A stretch of DNA of 64,000 nucleotides, taken from NCBI GenBank assembly GCA_028289585.1, contig JANQPI010000020.1, positions 96,039-160,038 of the forward strand, read 5' to 3'. The notes below the pieces were generated by a model. It saw only the letters and a program-made list of their open reading frames with translations, was not told the origin of the DNA and searched no databases. Numbering within the stretch: position 1 is the stretch's first letter; every line of letters starts with the position of its first letter. This document shows, in pieces, positions 48,971 through 59,214 of the stretch. Position numbers and translations under genes: made by a program. The DNA is from Candidatus Zixiibacteriota bacterium (GTDB taxonomy: Bacteria; Zixibacteria; MSB-5A5; GN15; FEB-12).

Positions 48971-51900
48971 ATGCACAAACGAATCGCGCACGCCAGCTGG
49001 CTGGCCGTTCTCTGTTTCGGCCTGGCCTCGGTATCGATTGCTACCGCAGCATCGACTACCCCACCCCAGGGGATCCGTTCGAAACCGGCATCCCTGAAAC
49101 TGTTCACCAACGCCCGTATCATCGTCTCGCCGGAGCAAACGATCGCATCGGGTCAACTGCTCATTGATTCCGGCCGGGTCGTTGCCGTTGGCGAGTCGGT
49201 GTCGGCTTCTCCCGGAGCAATGCGTATTGACCTCGGTGGCAAGACAATTGCCCCCGGTCTGATCGATCCCTACACCGAGTACGGTCTGGCGCACGTGGGA
49301 CGTCTCTATGAACGTCGCACTCAGCGCACCCCGAAGTTAGACGGTACCCGCGAAGGTGCGAACGCCTGGAACGATGCCATCCACGCCCAGGTCGAATGGG
49401 TGGATCGCTTTCGCGTCAGTCGAAAAGATGCTGAGACGTGGTACAAGCGCGGCGTAACTACCGTCTATTCGATTAAGCACGATGGTATCTTCCGGGGTCG
49501 CGGCTTTGTGGCCAACTTGGGTGACGCGTTGCCCAACGACGAAGTCGTCGCAGCACATGCGCTCGCCGGACTATCGTTCGACAAAGGTACGTCGCAACAG
49601 ACCTACCCCCGCTCGCTGATGGGTTCGATCGCACTGCTTCGTCAGACGTTCTACGATGCCGATTGGTACCGCGCCGCCTCGGCGGCATTTGAAGCGAACC
49701 CGAATCAGCAGATGCCGGAGTTCAACCAGCCGATCGCTACTCTCGGTTCGTATAGCGGACCGTTTCTGATTGAGGTCGACGATGAATTAACGCTGTTGCG
49801 TGCTGCACGTATCGCTGAAGAGTTCGATCTCGACTTCATCTACGTTGGCTCGAACATGGAATATGCGCGACTGGATGAGATCGTCGCTCTCGACGCCCCG
49901 ATCATCCTCCCCCTCGCCATGCCGAAGAAGCCGGAGATTGCGTCGCTCGAAGATGAACGAGACGTTCGCCTGGCCGACCTTCGTCACTTTGAGCGTGCAC
50001 CGCACAATGCCCGGGTGTTGCACGAAGCCGGTGTGACAATCGCCCTCACCGGTCATGGATTGACCAAGAAGGAGGACTTCCGCAAGAACCTCCGCCGACT
50101 CATAGCTGCCGGTCTGCCCGAGCAGACAGCACTGGCTGCGGTAACAACGGTGCCAGCCGAACTGCTCGGAGTCAGCGATCACATTGGGACACTTGAACCG
50201 GGTAAGATGGCCAACTTTGCGATCTACAGTGACGATCTGTTTGCTGCCAAATCCGATCTCTATTCCGTCTGGATCGACGGTGACATCGCCCACGAACTCC
50301 TGTCACTCGAAGCGATTGACTGGCGTGGTGACTGGCAACTGACAATCGACGATCAGTCGTACGATCTATCGATCAAGGGGTCTCGCAAGAAGCTGACCGG
50401 CACGCTTGGTAGGGATACAACAACGGTAAAGCTGAGCAATCTGTCCGGTGAACTCCGTCACCTCCACTTTTCCGCTCCGCTCGATTCGTTTGGCACGCCA
50501 GCTATCGTGCGCGTCGCCTTGACATCAATCGGCAATCGACTCATTGGAAGCGCCGATCTCCCTCTGGGGCGTGTACCCGCGACTGCCACTCGTACCGGAG
50601 ACTGGGAGCCGGTAGCGGACAAGACAGAGGCGATTGTTGCGCAACCACTTCTCTCGACGTTGACGTTCCCCAACGTTGCCTTCGGGTTCGAAACGATGCC
50701 CGAACCGGAAGACATCCTAATTCGCAATGCCACAATCTGGACCTCCGACGATGACCGCGGCGTTTTACGCAATGCCGACATGCTTGTGCGGGACGGTGTC
50801 ATCCGCGATATCGGCGAAAACTTGGACGCTCCGAGCGATGTGCGGGTCATTGACGGTACGAACAAACATATCAGCCCGGGAATCATTGACGAGCACTCGC
50901 ATATCTGTATCTCGCGTGGAGTCAACGAAGGTTCACACTCCAACACTGCCGAAGTGCGTATTGGTGACGTTGTCAATTCGGATGACATCGCAATGTACCG
51001 CGCCCTGGCCGGTGGCGCTACGGCGGCACAGTTGCTTCACGGTTCGGCCAATTCGGTCGGAGGTCAGGCTCAGGTCATTAAGTTCCGCTGGGGCAAACCA
51101 CCGGAGGAATTGAAGATCGAGACCGCGCCACCGACGATCAAGTTCGCGCTCGGTGAAAACGTCAAACAGTCGAACTGGGGTGACAACAATCGCATTCGCT
51201 ATCCCCAGACGCGGATGGGTGTAGAATCGATCATGAAAGATGGTTTCCTCGCTGCCGTTGAGTATGAGGCCGCCTGGGACGCCTACGATGAACTGTCGCG
51301 AAGTGACCAGGCCCGCACCGTGCCGCCACGCCGCAACCTGCAGCTGGACGCCATGCTCGCGATCCGTAACTCCGAAATGTTCATCCATTGTCACTCGTAC
51401 CATCAGACCGAGATCCTGATGCTGATGCGACTGGCCGAGGAGTTCGGCTTCACGTTACAGACGTTCACCCACATTCTCGAGGGCTACAAGGTCGCCCCGG
51501 AGATGGCCGCTCACGGCGCGGGCGGTTCATCGTTCGCCGATTGGTGGGCATACAAGTACGAGGTGATCGATGCAATTCCGCACAACCCGTGTTTGATGCA
51601 TCAGGCGGGCGTCGTGACGTCGATCAACTCCGACTCGCAGGAGATGATCCGGCGCCTCAATCAGGAGGCAGCCAAGTCCGTAATGTATTGTGGTATGGCC
51701 GAGGAGGATGCCCTCGACATGGTCACGATCAACCCGGCGATTCAGTTGAAGATCGATGATCTGACCGGATCACTCGTTCCGGGCAAAGACGCCGACTTCG
51801 TCATATGGAATGGCCCCCCGCTCGCCACCTATAGTACTGTCGAACAGACTTGGGTCGACGGCACAAACTACTTCTCGCGAGAGCGTGACGCTGCCTTGCG

Positions 51901-52051
51901 AGTGGCAGTCACGATTGAAAAGCGAGCACTGATCCAGAAGCTTCTCGGAGCCGACAGTACCGGTTCGGCACCGAGCCACAGCGAACAAAAAATGGAAAAA
52001 GAGTGGCACTGTGATGATGTACAGGATGTGTGGCATGTTCGCGGCCGTTAA
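48971..52051 (+). CDS. secreted double amidohydrolase-domain protein
   Basis: 1026 aa; signal peptide; two amidohydrolase-like modules (…PGLIDPYTEYG… and …ISPGIIDEHSHICISRG…). Confidence 0.65.
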   Translation: MHKRIAHASWLAVLCFGLASVSIATAASTTPPQGIRSKPASLKLFTNARIIVSPEQTIASGQLLIDSGRVVAVGESVSASPGAMRIDLGGKTIAPGLIDPYTEYGLAHVGRLYERRTQRTPKLDGTREGANAWNDAIHAQVEWVDRFRVSRKDAETWYKRGVTTVYSIKHDGIFRGRGFVANLGDALPNDEVVAAHALAGLSFDKGTSQQTYPRSLMGSIALLRQTFYDADWYRAASAAFEANPNQQMPEFNQPIATLGSYSGPFLIEVDDELTLLRAARIAEEFDLDFIYVGSNMEYARLDEIVALDAPIILPLAMPKKPEIASLEDERDVRLADLRHFERAPHNARVLHEAGVTIALTGHGLTKKEDFRKNLRRLIAAGLPEQTALAAVTTVPAELLGVSDHIGTLEPGKMANFAIYSDDLFAAKSDLYSVWIDGDIAHELLSLEAIDWRGDWQLTIDDQSYDLSIKGSRKKLTGTLGRDTTTVKLSNLSGELRHLHFSAPLDSFGTPAIVRVALTSIGNRLIGSADLPLGRVPATATRTGDWEPVADKTEAIVAQPLLSTLTFPNVAFGFETMPEPEDILIRNATIWTSDDDRGVLRNADMLVRDGVIRDIGENLDAPSDVRVIDGTNKHISPGIIDEHSHICISRGVNEGSHSNTAEVRIGDVVNSDDIAMYRALAGGATAAQLLHGSANSVGGQAQVIKFRWGKPPEELKIETAPPTIKFALGENVKQSNWGDNNRIRYPQTRMGVESIMKDGFLAAVEYEAAWDAYDELSRSDQARTVPPRRNLQLDAMLAIRNSEMFIHCHSYHQTEILMLMRLAEEFGFTLQTFTHILEGYKVAPEMAAHGAGGSSFADWWAYKYEVIDAIPHNPCLMHQAGVVTSINSDSQEMIRRLNQEAAKSVMYCGMAEEDALDMVTINPAIQLKIDDLTGSLVPGKDADFVIWNGPPLATYSTVEQTWVDGTNYFSRERDAALRVAVTIEKRALIQKLLGADSTGSAPSHSEQKMEKEWHCDDVQDVWHVRGR

Positions 52052-53351
52052 CCGGATCGCCGTTGCGCTTGTGCTGTTGAACGCGTTGGCGGCAGCGCAT
52101 GATCAGGTACCCGGCGAACCCCAGAGCGAGCCAATTCTCCTCCGGGGAGGAACGCTGTATACGGTGGCCAACGGCGTGCAGGCCGGGACCGACATTCTCT
52201 TTGAAAATGGTCGCATTACGGCAATTGGCACAGATCTGACGGCACCCGGAAATTCGCGCGTGATTGATGTCTCCGGTCAGCATGTCTACCCGGGATTGAT
52301 TGCGGCTAATACGCAGCTTGGGCTCATCGAAATCGGTGCGGTGCGTGCCACGAACGATATCACCGAGGTCGGGACTTTCACACCGGAAGCGAAAGCTCAT
52401 ATCGCGTTCAATCCGTCGTCACTGATCATCCCCACGATCCGTTCGCATGGAATCACAACGGTGCAAACCGTCCCGGGCGGATCACTCGTGCGCGGACAAC
52501 CGTGCATCATGCACCTGGAGGGCTGGACGAAAGAGGATGCCGCGGTTGAGTACACCGACGGTATCATCATGACGTGGCCGGGCGTTCGAGTATCAACTGG
52601 ATGGTGGGTTGAGATGACGCCCGAGGAGCAACGGGAGAATCAGGTAAAGCAGCGGTTGCAGCTTCGTCAACTGTTCGCCGATGCCCGGGCCTACCACGAC
52701 CTGCGTGCAACTGGCGCCACAATAGCCATCGACCAACGTTTTGAAGCGATGCGACAACTATTCCTGCGCGAGCAGCCCCTTTACGTAGGCGCAAACGATG
52801 CTCGCCAGATCGTTGAGGCGGTAACGTTCGCCAACGAATATCAGGTCGACCTGGTCATTGTTGGCGGTCGGGAAGCTCATCTCGTCGTTGATCTGCTCGC
52901 AACCTACAAGATCCCCGTCATCATCGGTAGCATCACGGCGACGCCAGCCCACGCCGATGATCCGTATGACACGCCGTTTGTTATGCCGCAGGTCCTCCAC
53001 GATGCTGGCGTCCCGTTCGCGATCTCCAAGGGTGGTTACTGGAATGTCCGGACACTTCCGCTGCAGGTTGGCCACGCAATCGCGTTCGGACTGGAGCCGG
53101 CGATCGGCCTCCGGGCGGTGACCCTATCCCCCGCAGAGATTCTTGGCATCGACGACCGACTCGGTTCGCTGGAAGTTGGTAAAGAGGCGACCCTCTTTGT
53201 AAGCGACGGCGATATCTTCGATCATCTTACGCGATCCGTGACACGCATGTGGATTCGCGGCCGCCAGGTCTCACTCGACAATCACCAGGAAGAACTCTAC
53301 CGAAAGTACCAGGAGAAGCAACGGCAGTGGCCGATGCTCGCGCCGGAGTAG
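52011..53351 (+). CDS. secreted amidohydrolase family protein
   Basis: 446 aa; signal peptide; ...PGLIAANTQLGLIEIGAVRAT...; 41-bp overlap with upstream paralog-like gene (true start may be a few codons downstream). Confidence 0.65.
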   Translation: MMMYRMCGMFAAVNRIAVALVLLNALAAAHDQVPGEPQSEPILLRGGTLYTVANGVQAGTDILFENGRITAIGTDLTAPGNSRVIDVSGQHVYPGLIAANTQLGLIEIGAVRATNDITEVGTFTPEAKAHIAFNPSSLIIPTIRSHGITTVQTVPGGSLVRGQPCIMHLEGWTKEDAAVEYTDGIIMTWPGVRVSTGWWVEMTPEEQRENQVKQRLQLRQLFADARAYHDLRATGATIAIDQRFEAMRQLFLREQPLYVGANDARQIVEAVTFANEYQVDLVIVGGREAHLVVDLLATYKIPVIIGSITATPAHADDPYDTPFVMPQVLHDAGVPFAISKGGYWNVRTLPLQVGHAIAFGLEPAIGLRAVTLSPAEILGIDDRLGSLEVGKEATLFVSDGDIFDHLTRSVTRMWIRGRQVSLDNHQEELYRKYQEKQRQWPMLAPE

Positions 53352-53492
53352 CAAGATCGGCGTAAACGAATGAAGCGGAGGGGTTCTGTCGGAACTCTTC
53401 CGCTTTTTTGTGCTTTCGAGTAAGGGACATGCCGCGCTACCGACCTAGCGGCAAATATGACATACACTCACTCCAGATAAGGAAACCGAAAG

Positions 53493-54050
53493 ATGCCTCG
53501 TACCACTGCTGTTGATCCGGCCACCGCCACTGGCGATCTGAAACAGATGTTTGACCAGATGGAAAAGGGATTGGGGATGGTCCCCAATATCTTCAAGGGA
53601 ATGGCCGCCAATCCGGTCATCCTGAACGCGTACTTCGCACTCGATAAGTCCCTGGCCGAGAGCACGCTGACGCCACGTCAGCGCGAGGTCGTGCGGATGA
53701 CGACAAGTGTCGTCAATGACTGCGGCTACTGCCAGGCAGCGCACACCGCGATCAGTAAAGGCCTGAAGCTTGAGGATGACTATATCATCGCGATCCGTCG
53801 TGGCCAGGTCGACGACCCGCAGGATCAGGCGCTGATCACGCTGACACGACGCTTGATTGAGACGAAGGGCTTTGTCGCCAACGACGAGCTCTCGGCGTTC
53901 CAACAGGCTGGTTTCACAGAAGCGAACATTACCGACGTGATCACGATCATCGCACAGAAAACGCTCACCAATCTGTTCAATCATGTCCACGAAACTGAAA
54001 TTGACTTCCCGGAGATTCCCTCCCTCAGCGCCACCCCCGCTGGCGCTTAG
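53493..54050 (+). CDS. carboxymuconolactone decarboxylase (AhpD-like) family protein
   Basis: 185 aa; ...NDCGYCQAAH... CxxC-H motif. Confidence 0.75.
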   Translation: MPRTTAVDPATATGDLKQMFDQMEKGLGMVPNIFKGMAANPVILNAYFALDKSLAESTLTPRQREVVRMTTSVVNDCGYCQAAHTAISKGLKLEDDYIIAIRRGQVDDPQDQALITLTRRLIETKGFVANDELSAFQQAGFTEANITDVITIIAQKTLTNLFNHVHETEIDFPEIPSLSATPAGA

Positions 54051-54146
54051 TGCCAAGCCTCACTGTTTCAGTTTCCCAACGTTGTCTCACGACCGCGTCG
54101 GTAGTCCCACCGGCGCGGTCACTTTTTAGGCAGGATCATCGTGGTA

Positions 54147-56606
54147 CTATAGGGAGAAGCCGAAGGAGAATTGGAAGCGACGCGAATCGGGGCGATCCGC
54201 CCCGGCAGACTCGACGTAGTCAGACAGTTGCCAGGTGAAGTAGACCGCGAGATTGAAGAGTCCCAGTGACTTGGTCAGATCGGTGATACCGAATCCGATC
54301 TCCCGGTAGATCGACGGTGCCGCAAACGTCGCAGGGAGTGTGACGGCATCCGTACTGACGAACTCGCTCACAAACGCCCCGCCATGCACCTGCAATCCGA
54401 ACGGGATGTCTTTGATCAGCGGGAGATTTGAAGCGACCCACAGTTCACGACCAAAGTCATGGAGCATGTAGCCACCAACAACGCGATCTCCCCAGTAGTT
54501 GATGTCGTTCTGCGTTCCAATGAACGACGGCGAGAACTCCTGCGTACCGCCAAAGGCGAAGGTAAACGGTCCCGCAACTGACTCGACTGTCGGCAGTCGC
54601 TGCGGCGGAACATCACCGTCGGTCACCGACCCGAACAGCTCGACTGTAGTTTCGCCCAATGGCAGAAAAAGACCAATGAATCGTACCTGAGCCCCCACCA
54701 GACGGAATGTAAAGTCCGATTGCAGTGCCTCCCGGTCCGACCATTCACCAAACAATCGGGCTTCAATATAGCGTGGCGCGTAGCGGATGACATCTCGCTG
54801 AGGCAGCGCCGCTCGAGGTCGAGAATCGTAGGCCAGTTCGCCAGCCAACGAAACGATCCGTCCCGACGCCGAAACGCGGTTGGCCCGGACGTCGTCGGCC
54901 GAGGCAAAGACCGAGAAGTCGGTTGCGACCGGTTGATCAAAATGCTCACGATTACGAAACTCCAACGAGAAGCCGGACTTCCGCCACAGCTTCCCGCCAA
55001 TTGCGGCGGTTACCCCTCGATAGCGCCAGTAGTCGGAGTTATCACCGGCTGCCCAGAACGCCGGAGCGGTCATGTCGGACGGGTAGAACAGATTTACACC
55101 GTTGATGCGTGTGATCCGATCGTCATAGCTGACCGACACGCGCAGGCGCTCGCGCGAGCGAAGATCTAATGTCAGCGTGCCACCGTATTGCGCGCGATCC
55201 GCATCAAAAGCATACCCACCAAAGCCACCAACTGTCACCGGACCGAATCGCGCTAGTTTCGGGATCGGTACACCGGCATATGGCCCCTCGACCCGATTAA
55301 AACGATAGAGATCGGGTGCTAGCCCATTAGCGACCGCAATCGACCGACCAAACAGGCCGAGCAGTTGTCGCCCCAGAGGAGTGGGGAGCGCTTCGATGGA
55401 GTCGATGCGACGGTACCCGTCGACTTCCTGCTGAGACAGCGGCACCAATGGTCCGGTGAGCCAATCGGAGGAATCCGATGCGTCGGCATCGGTAGCCACG
55501 ACCAGCTCGTATTCGTTGAACGTACCCCGCGAGAAGACGGTATCGAAGACAAAGTCCGATAACGCTGCGGTGTAGTCGAAGCCGAACGCGGATGGTACGC
55601 CTGGCAACGGAATGGCGAGATCGAAACCTCCCGCAGCCGATACTTCGACCGGCATCCAAATCGAATCGGTAAACGGTGCCAGTGTCTGCCGGTACCGTAG
55701 CGACGTTAAGAACGGCACATCGAATCCCTCGGAGAGTCCAACATCGACAGCAACAAAGTCGTACGTTTCGGCAGCGATAAGAATGGTACCGACAAAGAGT
55801 TTGTCATCGGGATTACGGGGTGTCACTTCGAGCGCATAACAGCCAACACCCGACGCAACGACCGAATCAAAGAGCTCATATTGGTAGTGATCAAGCGCAT
55901 CGGACGCGATTGGCGACACAACTCGCGCAGGACCAAAGTCCAGTCGATCGTTGTTGAAGTTAAGCAATTCGCCGACGGTAATCAGATTACTTTCAGCATC
56001 GAAGTTGGCTGACTGACGTCGACGATTGATCGTGACCTGAAAGTCATCCGGGCGCTGCCATTTGGCCGTCGATTGTGATTCGGCGATGAGAAACACCTGT
56101 TCCTCAACCGGCTTGCCTGAGTCGGTCAGAGTGAGACGTGCATACGCCTCAAATTGATACGAATCAAGTCGATCTAACACGACCTGCTTACGACGGATCG
56201 CTTCGAGGATGATCTGCTGAGCCCGATCATAGGCCTTGTCCCACACTCGGATCGTACCGGCGTCAACGACTGAGGAAAACATCTGAATCGTCAGTTCACC
56301 TGATAGCGGAACGGTGATCGTATCGATGACCGTGAAGTACGAAACGTGCGTGAAGCGGAGAATATGGCGACCAGGGGCAAGATCGACTTGCCAGTAACCG
56401 TCAGCATTGGTTAGGGTCGCACCAGCCTCGTCGTCGATGCGAACCGTTACCCGGTCGATCGGTGACCCATCCCGTGCGTCGACAACTCGCCCACTCACCG
56501 GGACCGCCCACGATTGAGTGACACTGAGACCAAACAGAGTGACGACAGCAACAAGCCACTGGAGGGATCGGATCCCGCGTATCATCTCCCCTGGCGTCTT
56601 ACTCAT
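54147..56606 (-). CDS. large outer-membrane protein with N-terminal carboxypeptidase-regulatory-like (CarboxypepD_reg) domain (DUF5686-like)
   Basis: 819 aa; signal peptide; VSGRVVDARDGSPIDRVTVRI...DGYWQVDLAPGRHILRFTHVSY; C-terminal beta-barrel-like, ends ...FSFGFSL. Confidence 0.55.
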   Translation of the reverse strand: MSKTPGEMIRGIRSLQWLVAVVTLFGLSVTQSWAVPVSGRVVDARDGSPIDRVTVRIDDEAGATLTNADGYWQVDLAPGRHILRFTHVSYFTVIDTITVPLSGELTIQMFSSVVDAGTIRVWDKAYDRAQQIILEAIRRKQVVLDRLDSYQFEAYARLTLTDSGKPVEEQVFLIAESQSTAKWQRPDDFQVTINRRRQSANFDAESNLITVGELLNFNNDRLDFGPARVVSPIASDALDHYQYELFDSVVASGVGCYALEVTPRNPDDKLFVGTILIAAETYDFVAVDVGLSEGFDVPFLTSLRYRQTLAPFTDSIWMPVEVSAAGGFDLAIPLPGVPSAFGFDYTAALSDFVFDTVFSRGTFNEYELVVATDADASDSSDWLTGPLVPLSQQEVDGYRRIDSIEALPTPLGRQLLGLFGRSIAVANGLAPDLYRFNRVEGPYAGVPIPKLARFGPVTVGGFGGYAFDADRAQYGGTLTLDLRSRERLRVSVSYDDRITRINGVNLFYPSDMTAPAFWAAGDNSDYWRYRGVTAAIGGKLWRKSGFSLEFRNREHFDQPVATDFSVFASADDVRANRVSASGRIVSLAGELAYDSRPRAALPQRDVIRYAPRYIEARLFGEWSDREALQSDFTFRLVGAQVRFIGLFLPLGETTVELFGSVTDGDVPPQRLPTVESVAGPFTFAFGGTQEFSPSFIGTQNDINYWGDRVVGGYMLHDFGRELWVASNLPLIKDIPFGLQVHGGAFVSEFVSTDAVTLPATFAAPSIYREIGFGITDLTKSLGLFNLAVYFTWQLSDYVESAGADRPDSRRFQFSFGFSL

Positions 56607-57046
56607 TAAATTGTCGTTGCCGCCGATGCCCCGGCATAGACATACAGCATCAAGTAAACGATTACTCCCGAGACAGATACGAGCATCCAGACCGGCCAGA
56701 CCCAGCGGGCAATCTTGCGATGGCTCTCAAACTTCTGCCGCCACGCCTGCCATACCATGATTAGAATGAACGGCGTCATCACCGCAGCGAGGATGATGTG
56801 CGGAACAAGAATGACGAAGTAGACAGGGCGCGTCCAATCCTGAAGCGGATACGGCACCGATCCAACGAAGTAATGGTAAACAAGGTAGGAAGTCAAAAAA
56901 GCGGCAGAAACAGCGAGAGCCGCGATCATGAAGCGCTGATGCACCTCGCGGCGACCTCGACGGATATTGACATATCCAAGCGTAAGCAGCACAGTCGCGA
57001 TGGTGTTCAAAACAGCATTCAGCGTTGGGAGATCGGTGATACTCAT
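56606..57046 (-). CDS. DUF420 family membrane protein (frequent companion of haem-copper oxidase assembly genes)
   Basis: 146 aa, 4 TM; overlaps neighbours by 1-4 nt. Confidence 0.65.
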   Translation of the reverse strand: MSITDLPTLNAVLNTIATVLLTLGYVNIRRGRREVHQRFMIAALAVSAAFLTSYLVYHYFVGSVPYPLQDWTRPVYFVILVPHIILAAVMTPFILIMVWQAWRQKFESHRKIARWVWPVWMLVSVSGVIVYLMLYVYAGASAATTI

Positions 57047-58599
57047 GCTCCGTACCGTGCGAGAGCCTCAAGATGTACATTCAGTAAACGCATATCGTCG
57101 GGGTCAGCATGCTCGTAGTACCCACGAATGTAGGCTTCCTGATCGACCAGAATGAACTTGGTAGAATGACCGCCAGGGAGGTCCCCGGACACCAGAAATC
57201 CCTGCTCCGCCAATTGCACAACATCACCGATCGAGTCCGTCCGGATGTAGCGCCAACGTTCGTCGACGACACCTTGTTCGGCAAGATAGCGATCGAGCAC
57301 CGCAAGCGAATCGTAGTCAGGATCAACCGAGATGGAAATGATTCTCACGTCGTCGCTGTGCGCATACCGGTCGTAGATCCGTTGGAGTTCGGCGGCCATG
57401 GGCGGGCAGGCGCCCGGACAGCGGGTAAACATGAACGCTACGAGCGTCAAACGGTTGTCAAAGGCAGCGGCTGAGAACGGCTGACCGTCCTGATCGACAT
57501 AGTCAACGAACTCCGGCGCTGTCTTTACCAGAGGCAGATCGATCTGTGATGCGTGTGACTGACGAACAACAACCGAAGCGACCAGGGCGAGTCCAATGAC
57601 GGCCAGCGTTCCCGAAATCGTGGCTGCGCGAATCGACGCGGTCGCTGGCGCCGCGGTCAGTTGTGGCTGCCTTCCAAGAGCGGCAAACAGAAGGAGCGCC
57701 AGTCCAATATAGAGTGCCGCCAACCAGAGGTGGAACAGCTGCAGAAGTGGCGCCAGCCCCCCGAAGATCATCGCGAGACCAACAGCAACCTGAGCAAGCA
57801 CAACATAGAGCAACAGGGTATTCGGAACCGCGACCAGCGCACCCGCAGGCGAGGTCATGCGACGAATGGCGATTGTGCCAACTAGAGTGCCGAAGACAAC
57901 AATCAGTCCCGTCGTCATGTGGACCATGTACATGATCCCGGATTGGGACAGCCACTCAAGTGACGACAGCATCGGAAACTCTCGTGCGGCCATCTCGACC
58001 GAGGCACGCACCTCAGTACCGAGTACAACCTGCACCAAACCCGCAATCCAGAGGATAAGGGCAATTCGACGGGCCTTCACCGGATAGCGTGTCGTTGGCG
58101 CGTCACTTGTCGATTCCCCGAGGGCAGTGACGCGATGATACGCGTAGATGAGAAGTGAGGCGATCACGAGCGCAAGAAGGAGATGCAATGTCACGATGTG
58201 TGGCATCAGTTCCGATGACACGACAACAGAACCGAGCCACCCCTGCACTCCGGTCAACAGCATAGCGGATATGCTGGTGATCACCAGCTGACTGTCGGAT
58301 CGAAATCGCCAAACAGCTAAGACGGCCAGGGCGGTGATGACGAAACCGACGAAGACGCCGATCAGACGATTGCCGTATTCGATCCACGCTAGCGTCACAT
58401 TGAACATCGTCGGATCGATGTCGGCCGGAATCTGGCTGATATGCACCGGCGGTATCCAACTACCGAAACATTTTGGCCAATCCGGACAGCCGAGACCGGC
58501 TCCGGAGACGCGAACAAGTCCGCCAACGAAGATCAGGAAATAAGTCGCCAGCAGTGCCCAGAGAGCCAGGCGACGCATCAGGTGGATCTGTTTCTCCAT
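57043..58599 (-). CDS. fusion protein: haem A synthase (CtaA/COX15-like, 8 TM, GCPDWPKC motif) fused to SCO1/SenC copper chaperone domain (FTRCPGACP)
   Basis: ATG at 58599 preferred over the TTG at 58632 that lies inside a stem-loop. Confidence 0.7.
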   Translation of the reverse strand: MEKQIHLMRRLALWALLATYFLIFVGGLVRVSGAGLGCPDWPKCFGSWIPPVHISQIPADIDPTMFNVTLAWIEYGNRLIGVFVGFVITALAVLAVWRFRSDSQLVITSISAMLLTGVQGWLGSVVVSSELMPHIVTLHLLLALVIASLLIYAYHRVTALGESTSDAPTTRYPVKARRIALILWIAGLVQVVLGTEVRASVEMAAREFPMLSSLEWLSQSGIMYMVHMTTGLIVVFGTLVGTIAIRRMTSPAGALVAVPNTLLLYVVLAQVAVGLAMIFGGLAPLLQLFHLWLAALYIGLALLLFAALGRQPQLTAAPATASIRAATISGTLAVIGLALVASVVVRQSHASQIDLPLVKTAPEFVDYVDQDGQPFSAAAFDNRLTLVAFMFTRCPGACPPMAAELQRIYDRYAHSDDVRIISISVDPDYDSLAVLDRYLAEQGVVDERWRYIRTDSIGDVVQLAEQGFLVSGDLPGGHSTKFILVDQEAYIRGYYEHADPDDMRLLNVHLEALARYGA

Positions 58600-58616
58600 A
58601 GCTCGTTCTACAGACA

Positions 58617-58646
58617 GGGAAGCCGGGCACAATGACCCGGCTTCCC
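58617..58646 (-). promoter_or_regulatory. intercistronic perfect stem-loop (GGGAAGCCGGG-N8-CCCGGCTTCCC) between coxIV and the ctaA-sco fusion, no U-tract
   Basis: 11-bp perfect GC-rich stem seen directly in a 47-nt intergenic gap. Confidence 0.5.
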
Positions 58647-58679
58647 TCTGCCTTCTCCTATAACCCCGTGAGGCTAACG

Positions 58680-59204
58680 TCAGTGCCCATCATCCACCGA
58701 TTCTGAGTCCGTATCGGCTCCATCACTCGCCGCCAGACTGTCGGCAACGTCTGTAGTCGCGGCTGTGTCCATCGCGCCATGGTCGTCACCGTGACCATCG
58801 GCCCCATAGCCCGTTGGCCCCTCATAGTCGGGAATGCGCACGGCACGAATGGCGTCGAGGTCAGCTTGATTCGTAATTGGGATATTGTGCCCCTCGGTAA
58901 CGATCTCGCGATCAAAGAAATCGACCGCTGTTAAAGCGACAAACGCACCGAGCATGACGATCGAGAGAATGAAAATGGCGGCGTAGATCTTATTGTCCCA
59001 CCGAAGGTGCATGAAATAAAGCACGACCAGCGATGCTTTGGCGATCGCGATCACCATCGCTACCACGATATTGAACGGACCGAAATCGACGTAGAAGATT
59101 CCAACGGTCAACAGCGTGAGCAGGATCAGTGCCCCCCCCACGATCATGTACAGACGGAAGGGCAGGATGTGGTGATGATGTTCGCCGTGTGATGAATCCG
59201 ACAT
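58680..59204 (-). CDS. cytochrome c oxidase subunit IV (caa3-type, His-rich N-terminus, acidic C-terminal tail)
   Basis: 174 aa; 3 TM; position after subunit III. Confidence 0.7.
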   Translation of the reverse strand: MSDSSHGEHHHHILPFRLYMIVGGALILLTLLTVGIFYVDFGPFNIVVAMVIAIAKASLVVLYFMHLRWDNKIYAAIFILSIVMLGAFVALTAVDFFDREIVTEGHNIPITNQADLDAIRAVRIPDYEGPTGYGADGHGDDHGAMDTAATTDVADSLAASDGADTDSESVDDGH

Positions 59205-59214
59205 AATCTATCCC

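Noticed and set aside
58630-58632. TTG start codon for the CtaA-SCO fusion as called by the ORF track
   Set aside because: It lies inside the loop of a perfect 11-bp hairpin with no RBS; the in-frame ATG at 58599 is the more plausible start
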